Assembly: GCA_964291655.2 (NCBI GenBank)
Contig: OZ219802.1
Coordinates: 224,001-288,000 of the forward strand
Direction: 5' to 3'
From: Chloroflexota bacterium
Lineage (GTDB): Bacteria; Chloroflexota; UBA11872; VXOZ01
Length of the DNA stretch: 64,000 bases
Below the pieces are notes generated by a model. That model searched no databases, was not told the origin of the DNA, and worked only from the letters and a program-made list of their open reading frames with translations. A program made the position numbers and the translations under genes. Numbering within the stretch: position 1 is the stretch's first letter; each line of letters opens with the position of its first letter. Below are positions 11,051 through 21,400 of the stretch, piece by piece.

Positions 11051-11515
11051 TTGGCAAAGACCATCTACCTCGCCAATCCCTATGGGTTCTCTGCCCAGCA
11101 GAAAGCCTTGCTGCTTCCTCCGTTGATTGCCGCGCTGGAGAGTCTCGATCTGGAAGTGTGGGAGCCTTTCGAGCGCAACAACCAGGTGGACTTTTCGGCG
11201 CCCGGTTGGGCGTATCAAATCGGCCAGGCGGACTACCGCGACGTTGCGGCGGCTGATGCCATCTTTGCCGTCGTCAATGGCGTTCCCCCGGATGATGGCG
11301 TAATGGTCGAGTTAGGCATGGCCATTGCATTGGGCAAGCCGACATTTCTCTATCGGGATGATCTGCGCACCGCGACCGACAGCGGCATGTACCCCTTGAA
11401 CCTCATGCTCTTCACGGGCCTACCCGAAGAGGGGTGGCAGGATTACTATTACTCTGCGATCGAGGAACTCGCCTCGCCGCAAAAGGCCCTCGCCAGGTGG
11501 GCACGAGACCCGTAA
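11051..11515 (+). CDS. Nucleoside 2-deoxyribosyltransferase family protein
   Basis: IYLANPYGF, DDGVMVELGMAIALGKP, LNLML motifs; GAGG SD before TTG. Confidence 0.88.
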   Translation: MAKTIYLANPYGFSAQQKALLLPPLIAALESLDLEVWEPFERNNQVDFSAPGWAYQIGQADYRDVAAADAIFAVVNGVPPDDGVMVELGMAIALGKPTFLYRDDLRTATDSGMYPLNLMLFTGLPEEGWQDYYYSAIEELASPQKALARWARDP

Positions 11516-11540
11516 CGCGGTATGCACCTACACTTGCTTT

Positions 11541-11563
11541 GCCCCCGTGCATGGGGGTTTTTT
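11541..11563 (+). terminator. Intrinsic terminator
   Basis: GCCCCC..GGGGGT stem followed by a T run. Confidence 0.6.
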
Positions 11564-11628
11564 CTTGTAGCCGATCGTGCCGGCGCGTAGATTGCCAGAT
11601 GTGAAAGTCACTCTCAACGAGAAGCTCA

Positions 11629-12903
11629 ATGATGCAATCCGTTTCTGAACTGCCGGATTGGCTTACTTCACTGGCCCGAGAGCGAGGCGTCGACCGCCGT
11701 ACGCTCCTGCATCTGTTGGGAACCGGAGGATTGGCAGCGGTTCTCATGGCGTGCGCTGAGATTCGCGTCCCCGCTGACGCTGAGCACGCGCCGGAAGGGT
11801 CGACACGTTCAATAGAGGGTTCATCCAACGCAGCTTCGGACAAACCAGCGGCCTATTTCAAAGAAACCGCGCCCTTTCTCAGGCATGGGGAGAATGGCTT
11901 GGAGTCCCGTCTGGAGAACATGCAGGGATTCATAACACCAAGGCGCCTATTCTTCGTACGCAACAACTCTGCCAGTATCGACGTCAACGTTGACGGCTGG
12001 CGGCTCTCCGTAGAAGGCGATGCGGTGACCCGCCCACGGGAATTCTCTTTCAAAGACATCCAGCGCCTGCCCAGTCGGACGGTGATTTCCTATCTCGAGT
12101 GCGCCGGTAACCAGCGGGCGATGTTCGATCTGGTGATGGGACAGGCGGCACAGGGCACCCAATGGATGACCGGCGCCGTAGGGAACGGCGCTTGGACCGG
12201 TGTTTCCCTGGGGGACGTGCTTGAGTTGGCGGGGGTCACCTCGGATGCAGCCAGTGTGCTGCTCATCGGTCTGGACATCGAGTCGCCGGAGGAAGGCTGG
12301 CGTCGTGCCTTGCCCATTGAAAAGGCCCGGGATCCCGACACTCTGCTGGCCTACGGATTGAATGGCGAAGACTTGCCCCGGGACCACGGTTATCCGCTGC
12401 GGGCGCTCGTGCCCGGCTGGGTGGGAAGTGCCAGCGTCAAGTGGCTGAGCCGCATTGTAGTCTCTGCTAGCCAATTCTGGACGCGCAACAACACGACCTC
12501 CTACGTGCTCATTGGCGACGCGTATCCAGGTGAGGGAGAAGCGCTGGGCAAAGTGCTCACCACCCAGGTGATCAAGAGCGCACTGGCGCTCCCGTGGCCT
12601 GCTGAATTGGACGCAAGGCCGCACCGTTTGCACGGCTACGCGCACTCGCCGTTTGGCGCGATAGCACGCGTGGACTGGAGTGTCGATGCCGGCGCAACCT
12701 GGAATGAGACCAGGGTACTTGAACCGCAGATCCAGCACTCTTGGGCGCGTTTCGAATTCGCCTGGGATGCGCAGGCAGGAACGCACACCCTCATGACCCG
12801 GGCGACGGACACGGCCGGGAATACCCAGCCTGACAAGACTCCCTTCAATGAGAAGGGCTATCTCTTCAACCAACCGCTGCCCCATCCAATTTCAGTCAAG
12901 TAA
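11629..12903 (+). CDS. Tat-exported sulfite-oxidase-family molybdoenzyme
   Basis: DRRTLL Tat motif, FFVRN, LECAGN (Mo-ligating Cys), DHGYPLR..VPGW.G..SVKWL, C-terminal dimerisation domain. Confidence 0.9.
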   Translation: MMQSVSELPDWLTSLARERGVDRRTLLHLLGTGGLAAVLMACAEIRVPADAEHAPEGSTRSIEGSSNAASDKPAAYFKETAPFLRHGENGLESRLENMQGFITPRRLFFVRNNSASIDVNVDGWRLSVEGDAVTRPREFSFKDIQRLPSRTVISYLECAGNQRAMFDLVMGQAAQGTQWMTGAVGNGAWTGVSLGDVLELAGVTSDAASVLLIGLDIESPEEGWRRALPIEKARDPDTLLAYGLNGEDLPRDHGYPLRALVPGWVGSASVKWLSRIVVSASQFWTRNNTTSYVLIGDAYPGEGEALGKVLTTQVIKSALALPWPAELDARPHRLHGYAHSPFGAIARVDWSVDAGATWNETRVLEPQIQHSWARFEFAWDAQAGTHTLMTRATDTAGNTQPDKTPFNEKGYLFNQPLPHPISVK

Positions 12904-13040
12904 TCGGCCACACTTAGCCCTATGCAACGTTCAACCGGCAGAGTCTGGGTCTTCCTCGACTTGGAGTGTGATGGCACAAGACGGTACAGTGGTTAAAGAG
13001 ACAGGGCGAAATTACGCGATCACTATTGAGGAGCCCGCAC

Positions 13041-14057
13041 TTGAAAACCCCTGGACTTGCTGTCGAGGCTACGGAACTGACCAAAGTCTACCGCAATGGC
13101 GTGCTGGCAAATGACCGACTGGACGTTGCCGTGCCTCGTGGCCAAGTTTACGGCTTGCTCGGCCCAAACGGGGCAGGCAAGAGCACATTCGTCCAGCAGG
13201 TCATGGGTCTCGTTCGGCCTACCTCGGGGAACGTCTGGGTATTTGGCGTAGACGCGGAGCATGAACCTGAGCGCGTCAAGCGCATGATTGGCTATTTGCC
13301 GCAGACGTCGTTTGCAATGCGCGACTTGCTGGGGGAAGAAGCCATTTATTTTACCGGACGCCTTAAGGGTCTCCCGCACAAGGAGGCACTACGCCAGCGA
13401 GACGTGTATATCGAGCAGTTTGAGGTCGATGAAATCCGGCGCAAGCCGATAAACCAGCTCTCAGGCGGCATGCAACGCATGACGGGCTTCATCATGGCCC
13501 TGCTTGGCAGCCCGCCGTTGCTGGTGCTCGACGAACCGACGAACGATCTCGATCCGTTGCGGCGTCGGGCAGTTTGGGATGCTATCCGCCGTGCAATAGT
13601 CTATGATGGCGCCGCCTGTCTCTTGGTAACGCATAACGTGCTCGAAGCCGAGCGGGTAGTGGACAAGGTTGCCCTGATCGACGAAGGTCGGGTACTCGCC
13701 GAGGGTACGCCCGGCGCAATGAAGGGCCGCCTGGGCGATACAATCCGACTCGAACTCTGGCTGCGAGACGGCGCTGCGCTCTCTCGAGCTCAGGAAGAAA
13801 AACTGAGCACTCTCGGCGCGCTGCATCTCCCCCGACCGCAGCACGTACTCTTGCGTGTGCCGCAAGCGCGGGTAGGGCAGACCATAGACCAGGTCTTGGC
13901 TGAAATCGGCGCCGATGCGGTGGAGGACTTTCGCTTGGCAACGGCTTCTCTCGAGGACGTCTACGTAGAGGTTGTCGGTCGATCCCTGGAAGACACGGAG
14001 GGTGAAGAACCGGCAGAAGTGTCCGAGCCGGACCCTGTGGGCGCTGAACGGTTGTAG
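13041..14057 (+). CDS. ABC exporter ATP-binding protein (DrrA/NodI-like)
   Basis: GPNGAGKS, LSGGM, LVLDEPT. GAGGAG SD 7 nt before TTG at 13041. Confidence 0.92.
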   Translation: MKTPGLAVEATELTKVYRNGVLANDRLDVAVPRGQVYGLLGPNGAGKSTFVQQVMGLVRPTSGNVWVFGVDAEHEPERVKRMIGYLPQTSFAMRDLLGEEAIYFTGRLKGLPHKEALRQRDVYIEQFEVDEIRRKPINQLSGGMQRMTGFIMALLGSPPLLVLDEPTNDLDPLRRRAVWDAIRRAIVYDGAACLLVTHNVLEAERVVDKVALIDEGRVLAEGTPGAMKGRLGDTIRLELWLRDGAALSRAQEEKLSTLGALHLPRPQHVLLRVPQARVGQTIDQVLAEIGADAVEDFRLATASLEDVYVEVVGRSLEDTEGEEPAEVSEPDPVGAERL

Positions 14058-14072
14058 TGTGAAAGCATCTTT

Positions 14073-14861
14073 ATGACAAGCACTAGCAGTATGCAACTAC
14101 ATGCGGCGTGGACGAGCCTGAAGCACTTCTGGCAAAACTACGTTCATTTGTCTGCCGTGATCATATTGGAATTTCGGCAGTGGCTGACGATGATTCTCTC
14201 AATTTCAGTACTGCTCAATCTTGGTATGGTCTTTGCATTTTCATTTATCTCCGGATCGCGGGAACCGGAGTTAGGCCGGTACTTTGTATCAGGCGCAGCC
14301 GTTATGTCGCTGGTCACGCTAGGGATCATGATGGTGGCCCAAGACATGGCCCAATCAAGGCGCAACGGCGCCATTCTTTACTACGCTTCGCTGCCCATCA
14401 GCAAGACGGCCTTCATTCTGGCGGTGGTCACGGGCAATGGCATCGCCGCCATTCCTGGCATGATAATTACGCTGCTGGTGGGTAGCTGGTACTTTGGCTT
14501 TCCACTGGCATTCAACCCGCTCATATTCGCTGTCGTACCGCTCAGCGCCATTTCGCTCGCGGGCGTGGGGGCCGCGATCGGCCTGGGCATTCCCAACTGG
14601 CGCGTCGCGGGCCTTGTGGCGCAAGCAACGATGTTCTTCATCATGTTCTTTGCGCCGGTAATGATTCCCTTCGACCGCCTTCCCGCCATCCTGCAGTACA
14701 CCGGCATGGTCTTACCGCCAACCTACGCCGCCCAGGCCTTTCGCGCCGCCCTGCAGCCGGAAATCACTGCCACCTTGCTGAGAGACCTGGCAATCCTGGC
14801 GGTATTCGGCTTAGGCTCGTTAGCTATCGTCGCACGCTCTCTCAAGTGGCGGCTTGAATAG
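14073..14861 (+). CDS. ABC-2 type permease
   Basis: About six TM helices, P...LPAILQ...LPPTYA signature, directly follows the ATPase. Confidence 0.88.
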   Translation: MTSTSSMQLHAAWTSLKHFWQNYVHLSAVIILEFRQWLTMILSISVLLNLGMVFAFSFISGSREPELGRYFVSGAAVMSLVTLGIMMVAQDMAQSRRNGAILYYASLPISKTAFILAVVTGNGIAAIPGMIITLLVGSWYFGFPLAFNPLIFAVVPLSAISLAGVGAAIGLGIPNWRVAGLVAQATMFFIMFFAPVMIPFDRLPAILQYTGMVLPPTYAAQAFRAALQPEITATLLRDLAILAVFGLGSLAIVARSLKWRLE

Positions 14862-15033
14862 ACTTCGTGCCATTCCAAATTCAAGGCGCGCGAGGGAAAA
14901 ACAGTCGTCGTAGGGCCAACTGAAATGGTCAAGTACGCGCGCCGCCTTTCCACAAACGGCAATTTGATAGGCGTTGCAAGATTCCTTGGCAGTCACGGTG
15001 GGCAGGCTGGCAGCATTCTAAAGTGAGATGTCC

Positions 15034-16185
15034 CTACAGCGCCTTGTAAAGAATCTGTAGGATGTCATCTTCAGTTACTTTGCGTGGATTGATGCCGACG
15101 TTGCGGCTGCGGAAGGTGTCCTTGACAATGGCATCGAAGTGCTCGTCAGATACACCCGCTTCACCCATCGATGCAGGAATGCCAATGTCGGACTCCAAAT
15201 CTCTGATCGCGTCGATAGCCGCGAGTGCGGCTTCTCGTTCGGCTTGACCGGGAAAGGTCGCATCGAATTCGCGGGCCACTGCCGCCAATTGCGGTTCGCA
15301 TCCGATGCGGTTGAAGTCAAGGCAGTGGGGAAGCAGGAGCGCATTGCTCAGCCCGTGCGGCAGGTGATGGTACGCGCCAACAGGATGGGCCATGGCGTGA
15401 ACTATGCCAAGTCGCGAGTGGGCAAAGCCAATGCCTGCGATGCACGCCGCCGCCTGCATCTCGCCAATGGCGGCCATGTTGCCGCTGTTGGCAACCGCGG
15501 CACGGAGGTTCTGGCTGATTAGATGAATCGCGTGGAGATTGAAGGCATTGGTAAAGGGAGTCGAAAGCGGCGACGTCATGCCCTCCACCGCGTGGGTCAG
15601 GGCATCCATGCCCGAATGCGCCACGACATGCGACGGCAACGTGGTGAGCATGGCGGGATCGAGAAAAGCTATGCGCGGCGCCAGACGCGTGCTCAAGATA
15701 GACATCTTGAACTGCTGGCTGGGTAGGGTGATCACCGCGGCAAACGTGACCTCGGAGCCGGTCCCTACCGTGGTTGGCACAGCGTAGAGCGGCGGCAGGT
15801 CGTTCTCAAATGCGTCAAAGCCCTCGTAATCGGCCACCGCGCCGCCATTAGAGACTACGACACCAGCGGCCTTGGCCACGTCCAATGAACTGCCGCCGCC
15901 GACTGCCAGCAGACCGTCACAGCCCGCCTCTTGATAGGCTAAAACTACGGCCTCCACGATGCTCTCTTCCGGGTCGGCTTGCACCTCAGCGAAGATTGCA
16001 TGTGCTATCCCGGCATCTTGCAGCGATTGGGTAACCGGAGCGAGCAAGCCGGCGTTTACGATGCCTTGGTCCGTGACGACGAGAACACACGTGTGATTCT
16101 GCGCCGCAAGCGCGGGGCCAATCTCTGCTATGGTCCCAGTGCCGCTGAGCACCTGGGTAGACACTTGAAAGGCGTGAACCGCCAT
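15034..16185 (-). CDS. Iron-containing alcohol dehydrogenase
   Basis: GGGSSLDVAK, PTTVGTGSE, DALTHAVE, HAMAH..HG motifs. Confidence 0.93.
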   Translation of the reverse strand: MAVHAFQVSTQVLSGTGTIAEIGPALAAQNHTCVLVVTDQGIVNAGLLAPVTQSLQDAGIAHAIFAEVQADPEESIVEAVVLAYQEAGCDGLLAVGGGSSLDVAKAAGVVVSNGGAVADYEGFDAFENDLPPLYAVPTTVGTGSEVTFAAVITLPSQQFKMSILSTRLAPRIAFLDPAMLTTLPSHVVAHSGMDALTHAVEGMTSPLSTPFTNAFNLHAIHLISQNLRAAVANSGNMAAIGEMQAAACIAGIGFAHSRLGIVHAMAHPVGAYHHLPHGLSNALLLPHCLDFNRIGCEPQLAAVAREFDATFPGQAEREAALAAIDAIRDLESDIGIPASMGEAGVSDEHFDAIVKDTFRSRNVGINPRKVTEDDILQILYKAL

Positions 16186-16406
16186 ATGTACGCGCTCCTC
16201 TTGCTGTAATGCAAAATGCTGGCATGAGTGTAGCAGGGCGATTTCGACGTGGCAAACTGCCGGTCAGAACGCCTGCGGTCGTGAGGAGCCCGGAAGTGCC
16301 GTTCACTTGAGCTCTTCAAGTGTGTGCAGTTCGGAGCGGCAAAACGTTGCACGTCGATGCAGTCCGCCCGCAACGCCCTGGCTTCCAATCCAAGACTTGG
16401 GGCTGC

Positions 16407-16436
16407 TTGACTAACCCGCGAATGCTTATGTATATT
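16407..16436 (+). promoter_or_regulatory. Putative sigma70 promoter of the solute-binding protein gene
   Basis: TTGACT-N18-TATATT. Confidence 0.5.
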
Positions 16437-16528
16437 GCTCACAAGGCAGCTATGGCGGCAAAGCGTGTGTACGCCGCCGGGGTAGTCTTGGTTCGTATCA
16501 AAGCACCACCTTGAAGAGGGAGAGGACT

Positions 16529-17926
16529 ATGCGAATTTCGCACATGACTCGGCGTAGTTTGCTGGCTTCCGGCGCTGCGATTGGCGCACTTGGCTTGCTG
16601 GCAGCCTGCGGACAAGTAGAGACACAGACCGGCGAGATGGACGGCGACCAGCCGAAGGCTGCGGAACCGGCTGCGGAAGCAGGGCCAAAGACAGAGGAAG
16701 TCAAGCTTAGCGTGCAGGATGGCGGCCGCTGGCAAGAGTGGGCGGAAGGCATCCTGAATGAGCGTTTCCAGGCAAAGTATCCCAACGGTGAGGTCGTCTT
16801 CACGCCCCGCACGGGGGGACAAGCCCATACCTTTGTGGAACTTTCGGTTGGCTTGGCGGCCGGCCAGATGCCCGATCTCTTCAAGATGGGGCAGGCAATT
16901 GCGCCTTCAATCTACATGGCGGGGCTGTCAGTACCGCTCAACCCCTACTTTGCCACCTGGGGCATGGAGCCGGACTTCCTGCCCAGCACGCTGGATACCG
17001 TCCGCGTCAAAGGGCAATTGCAGGGCATGCCCATGATGGCGGCCAATCGCTCGTACTGGCTCCGCGATGACCACATGTCCGAGGCCGGTTTGACGCCGCC
17101 CACCGCGTGGACCATGGATGATCAGGCCGATTTTGCAACCACCATGACAAAGTGGAAGGTACTGGGCAAAGAAGTCGAGCGCTATGGGTTCAGCCCTGGC
17201 AATCTCGGTCGTGATCCCGAGGAAGCCGAATTGAACGGCATTGTCGAGTCGAATGGCGTGCAATGGGTCACCAATGGTAAGGCATCCGGGTTCGTCAACA
17301 GCCCTGAAGCTATCGCGGGACTGGAATTTCAGTTGCGCCGCAAGCGGGGCTTCAATCCTCATGGCTCGTCCTACGTCGGGCCGGAATTCAGTGGCTACGG
17401 TGCGGGCTTTGCCGGCGGCTATGTCTCCATGATTTGGGGTAACGCCGCCATCGGCCGCCGCGTTGCAACAGATTCTCCGGAAGACGTCGACGAAATCTAC
17501 GTCGCGCCGGAGCCTATGGGCGACCAGCGGGCCGTCAGCCTTTCCTTCAACGACTGGCTGGGCATGGGCGCCGCCACCAAGAACCCAGACGTCACATGGG
17601 ACCTCTTGCTCACGGTACATGAAGACGACGTGCTCATCGCCTATGACGAGTTGACGTTCTTCTTGCCGCCGCGTGTGTCGGTGGCTGCCAAGGCTCCCTA
17701 CGTGCAGGAAAACGGTTTCTTGTCCGGCTTGTTGAACAATCTGCAGAGTGTTGGTCTTGGTCGCCAGCCCATCCCAGGTTGGGACAAGATGCGCCCCATC
17801 ATTCTGGAAGAGTTGGCGAAAGCCGGCGCTGGTGAACTCGACGCCCGTGACGCGCTAGATAACGTTGCGGCTCGTTGGGACGTCGTGCTCCAAGAGCCGG
17901 CCATCCAGGAATTCTACAACGAGTAA
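16529..17926 (+). CDS. Extracellular solute-binding protein (family 1, carbohydrate-type), Tat lipoprotein
   Basis: TRRSLL Tat motif, LAACG lipobox, AAGQMPD, KNPDVTWDLL; GAGAGG SD before ATG 16529. Confidence 0.85.
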   Translation: MRISHMTRRSLLASGAAIGALGLLAACGQVETQTGEMDGDQPKAAEPAAEAGPKTEEVKLSVQDGGRWQEWAEGILNERFQAKYPNGEVVFTPRTGGQAHTFVELSVGLAAGQMPDLFKMGQAIAPSIYMAGLSVPLNPYFATWGMEPDFLPSTLDTVRVKGQLQGMPMMAANRSYWLRDDHMSEAGLTPPTAWTMDDQADFATTMTKWKVLGKEVERYGFSPGNLGRDPEEAELNGIVESNGVQWVTNGKASGFVNSPEAIAGLEFQLRRKRGFNPHGSSYVGPEFSGYGAGFAGGYVSMIWGNAAIGRRVATDSPEDVDEIYVAPEPMGDQRAVSLSFNDWLGMGAATKNPDVTWDLLLTVHEDDVLIAYDELTFFLPPRVSVAAKAPYVQENGFLSGLLNNLQSVGLGRQPIPGWDKMRPIILEELAKAGAGELDARDALDNVAARWDVVLQEPAIQEFYNE

Positions 17927-17964
17927 ATTGAATTCTGGGTTGGATTCGGACCAAGCAAAATACG

Positions 17965-17997
17965 CACGAGCCGGTTCTTTCGCAGAACCGGCTCGTG
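17965..17997. terminator. Perfect 14-bp hairpin after the SBP gene
   Basis: CACGAGCCGGTTCT-TTCGC-AGAACCGGCTCGTG. No strong U tract. Confidence 0.55.
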
Positions 17998-18425
17998 TGA
18001 CTCTCTGGTTGGTCCACCCATGGCATTGCCTTGTACGGAACTGGGGACAAGCAATCCGTCACCCTACACTCAGATGAGCTCTGACAAGCTGGCCTGCGGC
18101 CTGTAGCCAAATGCCGTTGGATGATCGGGCACGTGGAGGATAGATTGTCCGACAGTAGCTGCAGCCGCTCATCGCTGAGTCCGCTTGGAACATGCAACCG
18201 CACCGCGATTGATTCTCGGTTGCATCGCGGAAATTGTCGTGTTCGTTGCGAGCCCTGCCTCGCTCCAAGCCCTGCCGCGTCTCGGCATGCCGGTCGGTGT
18301 ACTATGGACTTTAGGTATTCGCACCGTTTCCGTTGGGGCGCATACCAGGAATGGCTAGCCTCAGACGGCCACTTGCAGAGACGAGGATGCGCTCTCGCCC
18401 ACACTGCACTCAGAATTGAAAGAGG

Positions 18426-21400
18426 TTGACAATGACGTCAGCTTGGAAAGGCGATGTTTCCGTGAGCACGAGTTCTCCCCTGGAAGACTCTCAACCCTTT
18501 CTGCGCCAATCCGCAGAACCGATAGCAATTGTCGGCATGGCGTGCCGGTTTCCGCAAGCGCCAGATGTGGCGGCATTCTGGGATCTGCTGGCAGCGGGCA
18601 AGACTGCGGTTATTCAAGGCGTGCCGGGGTCCGGTGCAGGACGTGTGGGCCAACTCTTCCCGGACGCTGCGGTACAGAACGAGGCGTGTCTCTTTGGGGC
18701 GTATCTTGACGAAGTCGACCAGTTTGATGCCGAGTTCTTCCGCATTTCGCCAGTCGAGGCCCAACTGCTGGACCCGCAACAGCGGCTCATGCTGGAAACG
18801 AGCTGGCGGGCCCTCGAAGACGCCGGCATCGATCCAGAAAGTCTTAAGGGCAGCCGCACCGGCGTATTCGCGGGCATCAGCAACATGGAATACCGCGACC
18901 TCGTCTTGGACTCCAGCCATACGGCTGAACCCGCGACAAGCCTCTACTCTGTCAGTGGCACCTCCTTCAACACCGCCATCGGCCGCGTTTGCTTTGCGTT
19001 GGGCCTTCAGGGTCCGGCAATTGCTTTGGATACCGCCTGTTCGTCTTCTTTGGTAGCAATCCATCAAGCGGTGGTCGGCTTACAGAGACGCGAAGCGAAC
19101 CTGGCTCTTGCCGGCGGCGTGCACACGATACTGTCCGGCCGATTGCTGGAACTGCGCGGCAACGCCGGCATGTTGGCGCCCGATGGACAATGCAAGACAT
19201 TCGACGCGGCGGCAAACGGGTACGTGCGCGGAGAAGGGTGCGGCCTCATTGTACTCAAGCGACTCAGCGACGCCGAAGCGGACGGCGACCGCATTTGGGC
19301 GGTCATCCGAGGTTCGGCCATCAACCAGGACGGCGCGAGCCAAGGACTGACCGTGCCAAACGGTGAAGCGCAAGAAAGTGTGATTGCCGACGCGTTGCTG
19401 AGCGCCGGAATTTCGCCTACAGAGGTGGATTATGTAGAGACCCACGGCACAGGTACGCCGGTGGGCGATCCCATCGAGGCGCAAGCGACCGGCACCGCCT
19501 ATGGGATCGGGCGCGATCCAGGCCGGCCGTTGCTCATCGGCTCCGTAAAGACTAACGTGGGCCACCTGGAATCCGCGGCAGGCGTGGCCGGTGTCTTGAA
19601 GGTAGTCCTGGCGATGAACCACGGTGTCATACCCAAGCATCGCAACTTCAGCACGCCAAACCCAGAAATCGATTGGGTAAATCTCCCGTTGCACGTAGCC
19701 TCGGAGCCAACGGCCTGGCCGCGCAATGCAGACCGCCTGCCACTCGCCGGCGTGAGCGGATTTGGCTGGTCGGGAACTAACGCCCACGTCATCGTGGAGG
19801 GTTACGCCGAACTCGATGCCGGATCCCAAGGCACAGACATCCAGGCCTGGCCGACAGGCGCTCCCTACCCGATTGCGCCGTCGCTGCCACATGATGTCTC
19901 TGAGCCGACTCGAGGGGAAGATCTCACCCCACGCCAGACACGGCTGCTGCCAGTTTCCGGCAAGACCAAACAAGCGCTCAAGGATGCGGCAGGCCGCTTT
20001 CTCGAGTGGCTCGCAACGCAGTCTAAAGAGCTTGCTTCAAGTGAACCGGCCGTGAACCCGTTGCTATCCGACTTGGCGTGGACTGCGGGCATTGGGCGCA
20101 GCCATTTCTCCCACCGCGCAGCGCTGCCTTTCCGCGATATTGCTTCACTGCGCGAGCAGCTAGGGCAGGTGGTGGACTCGCCGCCGGGTACGGAGAATGC
20201 CACCCCACGCAAGATTGCGTTTATGTACACCGGACAAGGTAGCCAGTGGCTTGGTATGGGAGAGACCCTGTACGACAATGAGCCGGTGTTCCGGGCGGTC
20301 TTGGACCGTTGTGAGGCGGTGTTTCGGGTAGAGCGGTCGGCGTCTTTGCTCGACGTCATGTTCGGAAAACCTGAGGCGGTCGGGGACTTGAATGACACCG
20401 CTTGGGCGCAACCGGCCATCTACGCGCTGGAGTGCGGCTTGACGGCGCTCTGGGCCAGTGTCGGCATCTACCCCAGCGTGGTAATCGGACACAGTCTTGG
20501 CGAATTTGCCGCCGCGCACGCTGCCGGTGTGTTTAGTTTGGAAGCCGGCATGCGCTTTGTGTCCAGGCGTGGCGCATCGCTGGCGACGCTGGCCGATGCA
20601 GGGGCAATGGCGGCCATTTTTGCCACCGAGGCGCAGGTGATTGCCGCGATGGAAGAGGTAAATGCCGCGGCCGACGGCGCTGAGGTTAGCATCGCGGCCT
20701 ATAACGGAGCACACCAGGTTGTCAGCGGCCCGGTGTCTAGCGTTGAAGCAATCGTGGACCGCTTCGAATCGCAAGACGTCCGCGTGCGGCGCTTGAACAC
20801 AAGCCAGGCGTTTCACAGCGCTTTGGTGGAACCCGCTTTGGACGATATCGAAGCCGCCCTGGAAGATATCGAAGTTGCGTCGCCGTCAGTTGATTTGATC
20901 AGCAATGTCAGCGGCCGGTTGGTGGCGCCGGGGGAGTCCCTCGACGGGGCGTACTGGCGTCGGCACATGCGTCGTCCGGTGGCATTCAGGCAAGGTGTTG
21001 CAACGCTCGCCGAATTAGGCGTAGATATGGTGATCGAGCTTGGCCCACACGCCGTGTTAGGACCCATGGCGACAATGGCCTGGCCCGAATCACCGGCAGG
21101 AAAGGTGGACGAGGGCCCGGCAGTTATCGCCAGTTTGCGCCGACCCGACAGAGAGAGTACCACGCGGGAACCTGAGTCCAGCTTTGTAGACGCAGTCGCC
21201 GCGGGCTATACGGCGGGTCTTGAAGTCTCTTGGCAAGGCCTGTTTGCAGGTGAGAGTCGCTGCCGCATTTCGTTGCCGGACTATCCCTTCCAGCGCCGCC
21301 GTCATTGGGTTGATAGGCCGACACGCCGCCGGTCCGGCACAGACCATCCCCTATTGGGTTTACGTCATGAATCGCCACGCGGCGAAATCCATTTCGAGAC

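Noticed and set aside
11947-12885. 312-aa minus-strand ORF
   Set aside because: Antisense shadow of the sulfite-oxidase-family gene.
16336-16352. LacI-family operator (GCAAAACGTTGC)
   Set aside because: Imperfect palindrome, single instance and no LacI gene in the window.
18000-18425. Riboswitch or small gene in the long region upstream of the PKS
   Set aside because: No recognisable aptamer consensus or credible ORF by eye; an Rfam scan would be needed.
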